Below, one piece after another: positions 51,320-52,641 of a DNA stretch of 52,641 nt (its first letter is position 1; each line of letters opens with the position of its first letter). This DNA comes from Alphaproteobacteria bacterium. GTDB lineage: Bacteria; Pseudomonadota; Alphaproteobacteria; JAAXGF01. A program made the translations under genes and the position numbers. The DNA lies in assembly GCA_046758065.1 (NCBI GenBank), contig JBHHZM010000002.1, positions 1-52,641 of the forward strand, given 5' to 3'. The notes beneath the pieces are model-generated. The model saw only the letters and a program-made list of their open reading frames with translations, was not told where the DNA came from and searched no databases.

Positions 51320-51775
51320 ATGACCGTCCGCGTGCAACGCGACGACTTCGACCCCGGCGCCGAGATCGCGGCGCTCGGCGAAGGGCGGCGGGGGATCGGC
51401 GGCGTCGTCGCCTTCGTCGGGCTGGTCCGCGATGTCGCCGGCGACACGGCGCTCGAGGCGATGACGCTCGAACACTACCCCGGCATGACCGAGCGGAAGC
51501 TCGCCGCGATCGAGGCCGAGGCGCGGGCGCGCTGGCCGCTCGAGGCGAGCCTCATCGTCCACCGTTACGGCCGGCTCGAACCGGGCGAGCGCATCGTCCT
51601 CGTGGTCACCGCGTCGGCCCACCGCAAGGCCGCCTTCGAGGCCTGCGAGTTCCTGATCGACTGGCTCAAGACCAGGGCGCCGTTCTGGAAGCTCGAAGAG
51701 ACGGCGGAGGGCGAGCGATGGGTGGACGCGCGCGACGCCGACGACGACGCGGCGGGGCGCTGGGGGGAAGGCTGA
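51320..51775 (+). CDS. moaE: Molybdopterin synthase catalytic subunit MoaE
   Basis: GAVVAFVGLVRD...LEHYPGM...HRKAAFEACEFLIDWLKTRAPFWK. Confidence 0.93.
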   Translation: MTVRVQRDDFDPGAEIAALGEGRRGIGGVVAFVGLVRDVAGDTALEAMTLEHYPGMTERKLAAIEAEARARWPLEASLIVHRYGRLEPGERIVLVVTASAHRKAAFEACEFLIDWLKTRAPFWKLEETAEGERWVDARDADDDAAGRWGEG

Positions 51776-51830
51776 TCGCGTTCCCGGCACCCGACCGGCG
51801 CGCCGCCAGATTCGACGAGGAGGCACACCG

Positions 51831-52641
51831 ATGTCCGGAATCATCGTCGGCATTCACGGCCTCGCCAACAAGCCGCCGAAGACCCGACTCACCGGGTTCT
51901 GGCGCCAATCGATCGCCGAAGGGCTCGAAAAGTCCTGCCGCATCTCGCACCCGCGCTTCGACTTCCGGATGGTCTACTGGGCCGATCTTCTCTACAAGAC
52001 GCAGCAGCACGACGACCCCCTGTTCGATTTCGACCGGCTGTATGACCGGGAGCCCTACACCCCCGGTCCGGCGAAGCTGAAAACCTACGATCAAGGCTTT
52101 CTCGACATTATCCGCGCCGACGTCTCGGCCCTCGCCGGCGCGGCGGCCGATTACGCCAAGCGGCAGTTCGGCATGGACGCCGTCGCCGACTGGATCATCA
52201 GAAAGACCCTCAGGGACCTCGCGTTCTACTACGACGACGAACGCAAGATCGGCGACCGCTCGAAGCCGAAGCGGAAGGTCCGGGCGCGCAAGGTGTTGCA
52301 GGACGAACTGCGGAACGCGCTCAAGCCGCTCAAGGGCGAGCGGATCATGCTGATCGCCCATTCGATGGGATCGATCATCGCCTACGACGTGCTGCGCGAC
52401 ATCGGCCGGGAAGACCCGTCGTTCGAGGTCGCGCATTTCGCCACCATCGGATCGCCCCTCGGCCTGCCGCACGTCAAGGCCAAGATCATCGAGGAACGGG
52501 CCTACGCCGGGACGAAGCGCAAGCGCGTCCGCACCCCGACCGTCGTCACCGGACGCTGGGTCAACTACGCCGACCGGAGAGACCCGGTCGCCCTCGATAC
52601 CCATCTGCGGGACGACTACGGACCGAACGCGCACGGCGTCC
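51831..52641 (+). CDS. Alpha/beta-hydrolase (lipase-like) protein; 3' end runs off the window
   Basis: Hand translation with no stop to the window end: MSGIIVGIHGLANKPP..., nucleophile elbow IAHSMGS, later GSPLG. GAGGAGG RBS at 51816-51822. Absent from the ORF track because it is open-ended. Confidence 0.7.
   Translation, partial: MSGIIVGIHGLANKPPKTRLTGFWRQSIAEGLEKSCRISHPRFDFRMVYWADLLYKTQQHDDPLFDFDRLYDREPYTPGPAKLKTYDQGFLDIIRADVSALAGAAADYAKRQFGMDAVADWIIRKTLRDLAFYYDDERKIGDRSKPKRKVRARKVLQDELRNALKPLKGERIMLIAHSMGSIIAYDVLRDIGREDPSFEVAHFATIGSPLGLPHVKAKIIEERAYAGTKRKRVRTPTVVTGRWVNYADRRDPVALDTHLRDDYGPNAHGV

Overview
High-GC (about 70%) chromosomal segment that looks alphaproteobacterial, possibly Rhodospirillales-like. 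That assignment is inferred from gene order and protein motifs only; no database search was possible.

Most of the window is core housekeeping:
- Two polar amino-acid ABC transporter modules (1-3384).
- A divergent EF-G paralogue, djlA and an AmpD-type amidase.
- A type-A RNase P RNA (7261-7667).
- A complete, tightly packed dcw cluster, mraZ-rsmH-ftsL-ftsI-murE-murF-mraY-murD-ftsW-murG-murC-murB-ddl-ftsQ-ftsA-ftsZ (8073-26254).
- lpxC-bamD-recN-ligA.
- Further right, cspA, uvrC, pgsA and a mobB-moeA-moaD-moaE molybdenum cofactor block.

Two stretches look more accessory.
- 32.2-39.4 kb holds a small orphan ORF, a REP-like repeat, a DmpA-type aminopeptidase, an ICMT-like methyltransferase, a class III adenylate cyclase, a BON-domain gene with a structured leader, a NitT/TauT-type ABC importer, and a lipoprotein with a Tyr/Gly tail.
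- 39.4-44.8 kb is, in my reading, the most interesting locus. It is a seven-gene minus-strand operon: an orphan pqqA, a PQQ methanol/ethanol-family dehydrogenase carrying the D-x-D lanthanide signature, a sulfocyanin-like blue-copper protein in place of any c-type cytochrome, two secreted proteins I cannot assign to any family, and an ABC-2 exporter. Several junctions are translationally coupled.

I see no CRISPR array, transposase, integrase, tRNA/rRNA gene or recognisable defence system. Start codons were chosen from RBS spacing and N-terminal conservation and may be off by a few codons. The many long Arg/Ala/Gly/Pro-rich antisense ORFs in the track are treated as high-GC shadow ORFs.
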